This document shows, one piece after another, positions 36,684-45,793 of a stretch of DNA of 64,000 bases. The DNA comes from Candidatus Cybelea sp. GTDB taxonomy: Bacteria > Vulcanimicrobiota > Vulcanimicrobiia > Vulcanimicrobiales > Vulcanimicrobiaceae. The position numbers were made by a program, and so were the translations under genes. Where the stretch lies: contig JBAUYZ010000068.1 in NCBI GenBank assembly GCA_049585055.1, positions 15,528 to 79,527 on the forward strand, written 5' to 3'. The notes beneath the pieces were generated by a model that worked only from the letters and a program-made list of their open reading frames with translations, made no database searches and was not told the origin of the DNA. How positions within the stretch are numbered: position 1 is the stretch's first letter; every line of letters starts with the position of its first letter.

Positions 36684-38075
36684 TTAGAAGTCGTCGTCGG
36701 GGGTGTTGTAGTCGATGGGCTGGTTTTCGAAATACGAGGCTGAGTATTTTGTTCGGATTTGCGTGAACGGACGCGGTTTGCGGTTGAAGCTGAAGCAGTC
36801 CGTGAGATCGTGCGAACGAACGTCGGTTCGTCCGAGCGATCCGAGATCGAACGTCTTCTCGATGAACTTCAGAATGCTGCCGAACTCGTAACGGACGTGA
36901 GAGACGTGCCCTTGCTTCGCATACGGCGAGATTACGATCAGCGGCACACGGAAGCCGTCCTCATAAGAGTTGTAGACCGTCGGCGGGACGTGGTCGTACC
37001 ATCCGCCCCAGTCATCCCAGATCACGAAAATCGCCGTGTTGCTCCAATACGGACTGTTGCCGATCGCGTTCACGATCGAGGCTACCCACGATGGACCGGT
37101 GCCGTTATTCTTAGCGGGATGATCCGACTCGTCCGAGCTCGGAGTGACGAACGTGACGTCGGAGAGTTGGCCGGCTGCGACGTCTTTCAAGACCTTCGAC
37201 GAGGGCCAAACTACGTTCTGGTACGACCGGCCTTGCCAGATTGGCTTGAGCGCGTCGACCGCGTGCCACTCTCCGGAGCCGTGAAACTCCTGATAGTAGT
37301 GCCAACTGACGCCCTTGACGTTCATTAGCCGGAAGATCGAGTCGCGAACGAAGCAGGGAAATACGGCCGTCGCTTCGTTTCCTTTCGGGTCGATCGTCAC
37401 GACCGTCGCGTCTTGTAGCGAATCGCATCCGCCTTGACGCTGACGCCCTTGCGGGTCGCTGGGGTTCTCGGCGGCCTTGAGGTTGGATCGATCGCTGATT
37501 GCCGACGTTGCGCTGACGATATACTGGTGCGCCGGGAAACTGGGACCCTGATTCGTCTGGAACATCCGGTCGCCGAAGGTGTACTGCCCGGCGAGGTCCC
37601 AGTACGGCTGGACGTCGCCGCGCGGCACGTACCCGTATGAAGCGACGTCGGCTCGCGGGCACTTGTAGCTGCTCTTCGAGTAACAGTTTTCGGTCTCGGT
37701 GTCAAAGCCGTCCATCTGCCCGTTGGCGTCGTCCTGCACCCAGGCCGAATGCTTGTGCGAGATATCGTAGGGTGCGGTCAGCGGAGTCGAGACGAGCTGC
37801 ACCGTCTGCCCGCGCGAGTTCTTCCCGGACTGCACGGTGTCGGCGCCCGGAAATCCGTTGAAGAGATTATCGACCGACCGATTCTCTTGAACGATGACAA
37901 CGACGTGCTTGATGCGATGCGCGTCGGGCTGTACGTCGGGCCGCAGTTGGATCAGCTGCGGGACGTTCTGCGGGGTGCCGAGCGGCGTTCCAAACGGAGA
38001 AGAACATCCGGCCGTCGCGAGCATCGCGGCAACGAGAACTGCTCCCGCTAGTCTACTTACACGGAATTGGATCAT
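36684..38075 (-). CDS. phosphoesterase-family lipoprotein (PF04185), PE2
   Basis: Lipobox ATAGC is present, with IKHVVVIVQENRSVDNLF, SDESDHP, GPSWVASIVNAIG, IWDDWGGWYDHVPP and FRVPLIVISPYA. Confidence 0.9.
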   Translation of the reverse strand: MIQFRVSRLAGAVLVAAMLATAGCSSPFGTPLGTPQNVPQLIQLRPDVQPDAHRIKHVVVIVQENRSVDNLFNGFPGADTVQSGKNSRGQTVQLVSTPLTAPYDISHKHSAWVQDDANGQMDGFDTETENCYSKSSYKCPRADVASYGYVPRGDVQPYWDLAGQYTFGDRMFQTNQGPSFPAHQYIVSATSAISDRSNLKAAENPSDPQGRQRQGGCDSLQDATVVTIDPKGNEATAVFPCFVRDSIFRLMNVKGVSWHYYQEFHGSGEWHAVDALKPIWQGRSYQNVVWPSSKVLKDVAAGQLSDVTFVTPSSDESDHPAKNNGTGPSWVASIVNAIGNSPYWSNTAIFVIWDDWGGWYDHVPPTVYNSYEDGFRVPLIVISPYAKQGHVSHVRYEFGSILKFIEKTFDLGSLGRTDVRSHDLTDCFSFNRKPRPFTQIRTKYSASYFENQPIDYNTPDDDF

Positions 38076-38135
38076 CGCCGTAAGATTTGCGTCGCGAACG
38101 GCCCGATGCCCTGCGTTACGGTTGCGAGCGAGCGG

Positions 38136-39206
38136 TTACTTTGTGCTCACGGCTGCACCGAGCGGTTCGACGAGGCCGGCGCCGGCGTTGTAGTTGGTCG
38201 GTGTGCCGCCCGCATCGTATGGCCAGCGGTTCGCCGTGGTCGCGGTATAACCGCACGATTCATAATCGGAACCGGCGATATATCGCTGACCGTTCGCGGC
38301 GATGACGCCTCCGGCGAGGTCGCAGACCGCGCCGCCCTGGTAGTTGGTAAGGTTGGTCGTGCCGGTAATCGTTGCGGTCGAACCCGAGAGGGAGAGCCAA
38401 TAGATGCACGAGGATGGGCTGCCGCCGCACGCCTGATCGCCGAGCGCAAGGTAATTGCCGCTGCGGTACCACTGAATCATGCCCGATACATGGAGCGTCC
38501 CGCCGCTCAGGCTTATCAACTGCGTGGTGCTGCCGCCGGCCGGAAGTTCGGCGAAATAGCTGGTGACGCGGCTCGAATCCATTCCGTCGAAGAAGAGGTT
38601 GCCCGCGTTATCGTAGCCGACGAAGAAGTAGAGATAAAAGCTGGGGTTCGTATAGGTCGTGGGGGTGCCCGACGCGTTGGCGAAGACCATCAGGTTGCCG
38701 GCGCCTCCGCTCGTGCTTTCGATATTCGTGACGGCGAGGTCGTTGGTCGATTTGTTGACCGCGCAGCCGGCCGGATACTCGCCGTACACGCTGAGCGTCT
38801 TGAGCAGCGCTCCGGTGCGCGAGTAGAGCTGCATCGCCGAAGCGCCGGTGTTTGCGACCCAGATGTTCCCGCCGGCATCGGCGCAGTCGCCTTCGGGGAA
38901 ACTGAGCCCGGTGAGTTGCCCCTTGAGTGCCATGCCCGGCATGGTAAAGATGTCGACGTCGCCGGCGCCATAATCGGAAATGAAGAGCAAGCGCGGCGCG
39001 AGCTTCGCGTCGGGCGCTATCCAACTGGCGCGGTGATTCAGGCGCGCGGCGGAGACGGATCGCGGCGCCGGTGCCGGCGCCATTGCGCCGCGGATAGTCG
39101 CGGGCGAGACGGCGGCGGGCGTGGACCCTTGCTGCGAGGCGTTGCCGCAGGCCGCGAGCATGGCTGCGGCGGCGGCGAGTGAGATCGAAATGGCGAGCTT
39201 CTTCAT
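38136..39206 (-). CDS. family-A-related propeller-like lipoprotein (copy A7, divergent)
   Basis: Lipobox MLAACG is present. The blocks CAVNKSTNDLAVTN, FFVGYDNAGNLFFDG and AELPAGGSTTQLISL align with the A-family blocks. It lies 60 nt upstream of PE2 on the same strand. Confidence 0.75.
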   Translation of the reverse strand: MKKLAISISLAAAAAMLAACGNASQQGSTPAAVSPATIRGAMAPAPAPRSVSAARLNHRASWIAPDAKLAPRLLFISDYGAGDVDIFTMPGMALKGQLTGLSFPEGDCADAGGNIWVANTGASAMQLYSRTGALLKTLSVYGEYPAGCAVNKSTNDLAVTNIESTSGGAGNLMVFANASGTPTTYTNPSFYLYFFVGYDNAGNLFFDGMDSSRVTSYFAELPAGGSTTQLISLSGGTLHVSGMIQWYRSGNYLALGDQACGGSPSSCIYWLSLSGSTATITGTTNLTNYQGGAVCDLAGGVIAANGQRYIAGSDYESCGYTATTANRWPYDAGGTPTNYNAGAGLVEPLGAAVSTK

Positions 39207-39281
39207 GCATAAGGATTCAATTAGACGACCGCTTCCCCTGTATGGGCGGCAGCATCGTCCGTAGGAGTCGCGTCGTTCGTT

Positions 39282-40730
39282 TTGGAAGCCGGGATACAGG
39301 AGGAAACGCTGGTTTCCAAGCTGTTGCTCGTACCGATTCTCGCCGGTCTCGTGTTCTGCGCGGGCTGCTCGTCATACGGCAGCCTCTCGCCCCGCGGCGC
39401 GGCCTCGCTGCCCATGCGGGGAGAGCGTTCCGCGGCGCGGGCAACCGGGGATGTGGTGCGGCGGCATATCAAGCACGTCATCGTGATCATCCAGGAGAAC
39501 CGAAGCTTCGAGAACCTCTTCGCCGGATATCCCGGAGCCGACGCGCCGATGACCGGCTGTGCGCGGGGAAGCGCCCCCGATTTCGTAGAGCACTCCGGCG
39601 CTATGGTTCATTGTCCAAAAGGCGATACGGCCGTGCCGCTCCACCAAGTGACCTTTAAGAACAACCCCGATCTTCCGCATAACTGGGGCGCTGCGATCCG
39701 GGATTGGGACGACGGCAAGATGGATGGCTTCTCCGAGTTTGGGAAGAAACCGGACGCGGCCTACGCGTATCTCGAGCGCTCCCAGGTTGCGCCGTACTGG
39801 ACGATGGCCGCGCAGTACGTGCTCGCCGACAAGATGTTTCCGACCGAGTTCGGCGGGAGCTTCACCGCGCATCTGACCCTGGTCGCCGGCACCGACGATC
39901 TCGAGCTTCCGTCGACCGCCGAAGTCGATTTTCCCAATGCCGCGCCCGACGACTGCGATTCACCGCCCGGCACGAAGAGCTCGTACATTACCGAAAACCG
40001 CACGGTCCATTACTACAAGGGCCCGTTCCCGTGCTTCGATCAGTTCAATACGATCGCCGAGGTGCTCGATAAGGCGAGCGTTTCGTGGAAGATCTACGCG
40101 ACGCGCGTGCTCGACGGCGGATTCTGGGAGCCGTTCGAGGGGATCAAGTACGTGCGCTACGGTCCCGACTGGCCGGGTGATATCGTCGCTCCGCAGACGA
40201 GGATTTTGACGGATCCGGCGAGCGGCAACTTGGCCGACGTAAGCTGGGTGACGCCCGACTACGCCGACTCCGATCACCCGGCGCATCATAGCGATCGAGG
40301 ACCGTCGTGGGTTGCCTCGATCGTGAACGCAATCGGCGAGAGTTCCTACTGGCGTTCGAGCGCGATCGTGATTCTGTGGGACGATTGGGGCGGCTTTTAC
40401 GATGACGCCTCCCCGCCGCAGCTCGACTATCGCGGGCTTGGCATTCGGGTGCCCTGTCTAATCGTGTCGCCGTATGCGAAGCAGGGTCACGTTTCGAGCG
40501 CGCAATACGAGTACGGCAGCATTCTTCGATTCATCGAAGAGGTTAACGGCCTCCGCGCGGGCAGCATCGGACCGGTTAAAAAGGGCTATACGGACGGCCG
40601 CGCGACCGGCCTCGAAGATGCCTTCGACTTCAACCAAAAACCGCGCGCGTTCTCGCCGATTCCGACGAAGTATCCGGCCTCGTATTTCCTGCACGAGCGG
40701 CCCTCGAACGAACCGCTCGATACGGAGTAG
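39282..40730 (+). CDS. phosphoesterase-family lipoprotein (PF04185), PE3
   Basis: Lipobox FCAGC is present, with IKHVIVIIQENRSFENLF, ADSDHP, GPSWVASIVNAIG, LWDDWGGFYDDASPP and IRVPCLIVSPYA. The exact start is uncertain: TTG at 39282 or CTG at 39309 after AGGAGG. Confidence 0.88.
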   Translation: MEAGIQEETLVSKLLLVPILAGLVFCAGCSSYGSLSPRGAASLPMRGERSAARATGDVVRRHIKHVIVIIQENRSFENLFAGYPGADAPMTGCARGSAPDFVEHSGAMVHCPKGDTAVPLHQVTFKNNPDLPHNWGAAIRDWDDGKMDGFSEFGKKPDAAYAYLERSQVAPYWTMAAQYVLADKMFPTEFGGSFTAHLTLVAGTDDLELPSTAEVDFPNAAPDDCDSPPGTKSSYITENRTVHYYKGPFPCFDQFNTIAEVLDKASVSWKIYATRVLDGGFWEPFEGIKYVRYGPDWPGDIVAPQTRILTDPASGNLADVSWVTPDYADSDHPAHHSDRGPSWVASIVNAIGESSYWRSSAIVILWDDWGGFYDDASPPQLDYRGLGIRVPCLIVSPYAKQGHVSSAQYEYGSILRFIEEVNGLRAGSIGPVKKGYTDGRATGLEDAFDFNQKPRAFSPIPTKYPASYFLHERPSNEPLDTE

Positions 40731-40733
40731 GCC

Positions 40734-42065
40734 GTGCGTCTCTACCTCATGCTGATCGTCGCTTTGAGCCTCTCCGCTTGCAGCGGCCCGTCGCGCTCGG
40801 TCCCGCCGGCAGAGGACGCGAGCCGCGGCGAGGTGCGCCGTCTCGACGCCGCGACGCCGATCAAGCACGTCGTGATCATCGTTCAGGAGAACCGAACCGT
40901 CGACAATCTTTTCAACGGCTTTCCCGGTGCCGATACGGTTCGCAGCGGTCGAACCTCGGAGGGGCGCGTCGTCGCGTTACGGCCGATCCACCTGGACGGC
41001 TACGTTGCGATCGCGCACGCACACGACACGTTCGTCACCGAGTACGCGGCCGGGAGAGTCGACGGCTTCAATCTTGCCAAGACCTGGTGCTCGCACCACG
41101 CGCAGTGTCAGCCGACGCCCTACGGGTACGTTCCGAAGACGGACGTCGAGCCGTACTGGGATATGGCGCGCGAGTACACGCTGGCGGATCATCTCTTTCA
41201 AACCAACCAAGGCCCGAGTTTCCCCGCGCACCAGTACTTGGTGAGCGGGACGTCGACGATCAGCAACGACTCGCTGCTTCGCGCCGCCGAGAACGCGTCG
41301 ATGCCAAACGGAAAAGGCACGGGCGGCTGCGATTCACCGACGGGATCGCACGTTGCGGTGATCGATCCGCAAGGAGAACAGCGGTGGAGGGTCTACCCCT
41401 GTTTCGACCGCCTTTCGCTGATGGGAGAAGCGAACCACGACGCACTTAGCTGGCGATACTATCAGGCGGTCAAAGGCGCGGGCATATGGAACGCGCCCGA
41501 TGCGCTACGAGCCATACGATACAGCAACTCGTACGAGAACGTGGTCGCGCCGTCGAAACGCATTCTGGAGGACGTTGCTCGGGGAGATTTGGCGAATATT
41601 ACGTGGGTGACTCCGACGCTGCACGAGTCGGATCACGCGGGGTCGAATAAGGGAACCGGCCCGTCGTGGGTAGCCTCGGTCGTGAACGCGATCGGTGAGA
41701 GCCCGTATTGGAAGTCGACCGCGATCTTCGTTCTCTGGGACGATTGGGGCGGTTGGTACGATCACGTCGCACCGAAACAGGAGAACTCGTACGAGCTCGG
41801 TTTTCGCGTGCCGCTGCTCGTTATCTCGCCATATGCCAAGCCGCACTACGTCTCGCACGTTCCGCACGAATTCGGAAGCATCTTGAAGTTCGCGGAAGAG
41901 ACGTTCGGCCTGCCCTCGATGAAAACGACCGACGAACGGTCGGACGATCTTTCGGACTGCTTCAACTTTCACGCGCTCCCGCGCAAGTTTACGAAAATCC
42001 GCGCCAAGTACTCATCGCAGTACTTTCTGCACCAGCCGGCGGACCGAGAATCCCCCGCCGATTAG
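40734..42065 (+). CDS. phosphoesterase-family lipoprotein (PF04185), PE4
   Basis: GTG start 3 nt after the PE3 stop. Lipobox LSLSAC is present, with IKHVVIIVQENRTVDNLF, HESDHA, LWDDWGGWYDHVAP and FRVPLLVISPYA. Confidence 0.9.
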   Translation: MRLYLMLIVALSLSACSGPSRSVPPAEDASRGEVRRLDAATPIKHVVIIVQENRTVDNLFNGFPGADTVRSGRTSEGRVVALRPIHLDGYVAIAHAHDTFVTEYAAGRVDGFNLAKTWCSHHAQCQPTPYGYVPKTDVEPYWDMAREYTLADHLFQTNQGPSFPAHQYLVSGTSTISNDSLLRAAENASMPNGKGTGGCDSPTGSHVAVIDPQGEQRWRVYPCFDRLSLMGEANHDALSWRYYQAVKGAGIWNAPDALRAIRYSNSYENVVAPSKRILEDVARGDLANITWVTPTLHESDHAGSNKGTGPSWVASVVNAIGESPYWKSTAIFVLWDDWGGWYDHVAPKQENSYELGFRVPLLVISPYAKPHYVSHVPHEFGSILKFAEETFGLPSMKTTDERSDDLSDCFNFHALPRKFTKIRAKYSSQYFLHQPADRESPAD

Positions 42066-42204
42066 GAGCTTCTCTACCTAGGCCGCCGCGGCGCGGTGAC
42101 GTTTTCGAACGGATTATGCGGTAGAGTGGCATCTGGCCGCTTCCTTTCGCCCCGGCGAGGGAGAATGGGCCAAGGCAAACGACTCTACTTTTTGGAGGAA
42201 ACCA

Positions 42205-43170
42205 GTGAAAATCATCAGCTCGATCGTTGCCGCCACGCTCCTGGCGGGCTGCGGCGCCGGATTGAATCCCGCTCCCCCGGCAACGACCGTCGCGGACTCC
42301 TCGCTCTCGAGGCCCGACGCAGGCGTGCACGTCTTCACCGCCAACCGCGACAACCCGGGCGTTCTCTCGTTCTCCAACAAGGCGAACGGGAACGTCGCGC
42401 CGGCGCATACGATTGCGGGTTCGAAGACGAAGCTCAATTCACCCGACGCGCTCGCCCTCGATTCGAAGGGCAACATTTACGTGGCAAACGACGGCGCGAA
42501 CACCGTGCAGGTCTTTGCTTCGAACGCCAACGGCAACGTCAAACCGAAGCGGCAGATCGGTGGGACGAAGTCCCAGCTCGGGCCGACCGAGGGTCTTACA
42601 ATCGATCACTCGGGGAATCTCTGGGCATCGAACTACCAAGGGAACGCGGTTACCGAGTACGCCGCGGGCGCGCATGGGAACGTTGCGCCGATCGATACCA
42701 TCAGCGGGAACAAAACGCAGCTCGCTACCCCAGTCGGAATGGCGATAGATAAGAGCGGCCGGCTTTGGGTGGCCAACAAAGGCTCGAGCAGCGTCACCGC
42801 CTTCGCGAATGGCGCGAGCGGCAACGTCGTGCCGGTGGTAACCATCAGCGGCAACAACACGGGTTTGAGCGGTCCGTTCGCGATTGCGTTCGATTCGACC
42901 GGGCGGCTTTTGGTTGCCGACGAAGGCGCCGGCGTCTTCGTCTTCGCAAAGGGCGCGAGCGGCAACGTCGCGCCGGTGCAGCACATCACCGGGCTTCTCT
43001 ATCCGACCGGCGTCACCGCCGACGCAAAAGACCGCATCTGGGCGGCCGATTTCTCCGGCAACGCGATCGTCGAATATGCCAAGAACGCCAACGGAAGCGC
43101 GACGCCGATGAGGACGATCCAAGGCTCGAGCACGGGCCTCGATGCGCCCTGCTACATCGCGTTATTCTAA
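42205..43170 (+). CDS. six-blade propeller-like lipoprotein, 'GNVAP' repeat family (B1)
   Basis: GTG start after GGAGGA, with lipobox LLAGC. It contains six repeats of about 48 aa, each with [NHS]G[ND][VA].P....I.G..T.L..P.G...D..G...VA. Confidence 0.8.
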   Translation: MKIISSIVAATLLAGCGAGLNPAPPATTVADSSLSRPDAGVHVFTANRDNPGVLSFSNKANGNVAPAHTIAGSKTKLNSPDALALDSKGNIYVANDGANTVQVFASNANGNVKPKRQIGGTKSQLGPTEGLTIDHSGNLWASNYQGNAVTEYAAGAHGNVAPIDTISGNKTQLATPVGMAIDKSGRLWVANKGSSSVTAFANGASGNVVPVVTISGNNTGLSGPFAIAFDSTGRLLVADEGAGVFVFAKGASGNVAPVQHITGLLYPTGVTADAKDRIWAADFSGNAIVEYAKNANGSATPMRTIQGSSTGLDAPCYIALF

Positions 43171-43195
43171 GCCAACTGGAATACAGGAGCAGCCG

Positions 43196-44170
43196 ATGAG
43201 AATCTTCATTGCATCGATGGTCGCTCTGGCGTTGACGGGATGCGGCGGGGGTGCCACCCCCGCCCTTCTCGGCGCCGATTCGACGGCGCGGTCGCAGGCC
43301 GCGCGGCCGAATGCCGGGATGCGAATCTACACCGCAAATCGCAACACCGGGAGCGTCATCGCCTTCGCCGCGAACGTCTCCGGCAACGTCTCGCCGGTGG
43401 TGACGATCGCCGGATCGAGCACGACGTTGACGAACCCCGATTCGATCGCATTGGATGCCGCGGGAAATATCTATACCGCAAACGACAGCGGCACGACGGT
43501 TGCCGTTTTCTCGCCGCACGCCAACGGCAACGTCGCGCCGAAAAGAACCATCGGCGGATCGAAGTCGCATCTCGGGCCGACCGAAGGGCTCTTGATCGAT
43601 CCCTCCGGAAACCTTTGGGTAACCGATTTTCGCGACAATGCGATTACCGAGTATGCGGCCGGAGCACACGGAAACGTGACCCCGATCGACACCATCAGCG
43701 GCAGCGACACGCAACTCGACACGCCGACCGGGATGGCAATGGACTCAAGCGGCCGTCTCTTCGTCGCGAATCCGTATGGGCCGTACGCCGGATCGATCGT
43801 CGCATTTGCAAGCGGGGCGAGCGGCGATGCGACGCCGGTCGTTTCCATTAGCGGCAGCAACACGGGCCTCAGCCGGCCGTACGCGCTCTCCTTCGACTCG
43901 ACCGGCCGGCTGCTGGTCGCCGATGAAGATAACGGCGTGCTGATCTTCGCAAGCGGTGCGAATGGGAACGTGGCGCCGGTAGCGACGATCTCGGGGATGT
44001 CCATGGTCGACGGGATCGCGACCGACGCGCAGGACCACGTCTACGCGGCGGGATACCTCGGCCCGATAAACGAGTATCATTCGAATGCGCACGGCAACGC
44101 GACGCCGATTCGCTCGATTGCGGGTTCGAACACAACCATCAACGGAGCGGCGCATTTGGTCGTTCGCTAG
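43196..44170 (+). CDS. six-blade propeller-like lipoprotein, 'GNVAP' repeat family (B2)
   Basis: ATG after CAGGAG, with lipobox LALTGC. It has the same six-repeat layout as B1, blade for blade. Confidence 0.8.
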   Translation: MRIFIASMVALALTGCGGGATPALLGADSTARSQAARPNAGMRIYTANRNTGSVIAFAANVSGNVSPVVTIAGSSTTLTNPDSIALDAAGNIYTANDSGTTVAVFSPHANGNVAPKRTIGGSKSHLGPTEGLLIDPSGNLWVTDFRDNAITEYAAGAHGNVTPIDTISGSDTQLDTPTGMAMDSSGRLFVANPYGPYAGSIVAFASGASGDATPVVSISGSNTGLSRPYALSFDSTGRLLVADEDNGVLIFASGANGNVAPVATISGMSMVDGIATDAQDHVYAAGYLGPINEYHSNAHGNATPIRSIAGSNTTINGAAHLVVR

Positions 44171-44231
44171 AATCTAAGGATGACACGCGGGGCCGCTCCG
44201 CGAATTGCTCCCAGTCAAGGAGGACGCGGCT

Positions 44232-44972
44232 GTGTTTGAAGGTCGAGTAGCAGTGGTTACCGGCGGTACTCGTGGCATCGGTGCCGCCATTACCGAGTGT
44301 CTTGTGGATAATGGGGCTTCCGTCGCGGCCGGCTACAACCGCGGCCGCGAGAGCGCCGAAAAGTTCGCAGGGCAGATGACGGAAAAGGGCGCGAAGGTTT
44401 CGATCCATCAGGGCCGGGTCGACGACCGCGACGATTGCAATCGCGTCGTCAAAGAGGTGATGGACCGCTTTGGGCGCGTCGACTACCTGATCAACAATGC
44501 GGGCATTACCGTCGACAAGACGGTGCGCAAGATGACGATCGCCGATTGGCGTCAGGTGCTCGAGGTCAACCTCTCGGGCGCCTTTCAAATGACCAAGGCG
44601 GTGCTCGAGCACATGATCGAACGCGGCTCGGGGCGGATTGTGAACATCAGCTCGGTCATCGGCGAGACCGGCAATATCGGGCAGGCGAACTACGCTGCGT
44701 CGAAGGCCGGTTTGTTCGGATTCAGCAAGAGCCTGGCCCTGGAGATGGCGCAGCGCGGAATCACCGTAAACTGCGTCGCGCCGGGTTTCATCGCGACCGA
44801 GATGGTCGCGGCAATCCCCGAAGCCGCGCTTGCAAAGGTGGTCGAGAAGATTCCGCAGCGGCGTCTCGGACGCCCCGATGAGGTCGCGCGAGTCGTTCGT
44901 TTCTTGCTCGAGGACGACTCGAGCTATATTACCGGCGCGGTCTTCAGCATCAACGGCGGGCTCGATATGTGA
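44232..44972 (+). CDS. acetoacetyl-CoA reductase-like SDR (PhaB/FabG type)
   Basis: Motifs TGGTRGIG, NNAGIT, GQANYAASKAG and ITVNCVAPGFIATEM are present. GTG at 44232 lies 8 nt after AAGGAGG. Confidence 0.85.
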   Translation: MFEGRVAVVTGGTRGIGAAITECLVDNGASVAAGYNRGRESAEKFAGQMTEKGAKVSIHQGRVDDRDDCNRVVKEVMDRFGRVDYLINNAGITVDKTVRKMTIADWRQVLEVNLSGAFQMTKAVLEHMIERGSGRIVNISSVIGETGNIGQANYAASKAGLFGFSKSLALEMAQRGITVNCVAPGFIATEMVAAIPEAALAKVVEKIPQRRLGRPDEVARVVRFLLEDDSSYITGAVFSINGGLDM

Positions 44973-45036
44973 CTCGGCGAGCTCACGCCGGCCGGCCCTA
45001 GAGGTTTTGGAAGGCGGCGTTGGGTAAATCTAGCGC

Positions 45037-45792
45037 GTGGATAGTTTACCTCTCAGAGAACGCGTTGGAGTCGTCACCGGGGGATCGCGCGGCATCGGCG
45101 GGGCGATCAGCACCCTACTCGCCGAGGATGGAGCGACGGTCGCCATACTCGGATTACCCGAAGACAAAGCTCGGACCCAGCATCTCGCGGCGCGCCTCAA
45201 CGGCGCTGCCCCGAGGCTGCACTTCTACGAAACGGACGTCGCGAACTACGATCGCTGTCAGGAGGCGGTGGCGGCGGTGCTGCGCGAGCACGGTCGCATC
45301 GACATGCTCGTGAACAATGCGGGCATCACCCGAGATCACACCGTCCGCAAGATGACGGTCGACGAATGGGAAGCGGTCCTGCAGGTGAATCTGTCGGGGC
45401 CGTTTTTTATGATCAAGGCCGTGCTGGATTCGATGGTCGAGCGAGGATACGGGCGGATCGTCAACATTAGCTCGGTCGTGGGGGTGAGCGGGAACTTCGG
45501 CCAGGCAAACTACGCCGCCGCCAAGGCCGGGCTGATCGGCCTGACCAAGACCGTCGCGCGGGAGGTCGCCAAGCGCGGAATCACCGTCAACGCGGTCGCG
45601 CCCGGTTTCATCGACACCGACATGACTCGCGCGATGCCGCTGGCAGCGATTGAGAACGCCATCGAGCAGACGCCGCGAGCGAGGCTCGGAAAGCCCGACG
45701 AGGTAGCGCAGCTGGTGCGCTTCCTGCTCGACGAAAAGGCCGGCTACATCACGGGCGCGGTGTACAATATCAACGGCGGATGGTACATGTAG
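45037..45792 (+). CDS. acetoacetyl-CoA reductase-like SDR (PhaB/FabG type), second copy
   Basis: Motifs TGGSRGIG, NNAGITRD, GQANYAAAKAG and ITVNAVAPGFIDTDM are present. Confidence 0.85.
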   Translation: MDSLPLRERVGVVTGGSRGIGGAISTLLAEDGATVAILGLPEDKARTQHLAARLNGAAPRLHFYETDVANYDRCQEAVAAVLREHGRIDMLVNNAGITRDHTVRKMTVDEWEAVLQVNLSGPFFMIKAVLDSMVERGYGRIVNISSVVGVSGNFGQANYAAAKAGLIGLTKTVAREVAKRGITVNAVAPGFIDTDMTRAMPLAAIENAIEQTPRARLGKPDEVAQLVRFLLDEKAGYITGAVYNINGGWYM

Positions 45793-45793
45793 C

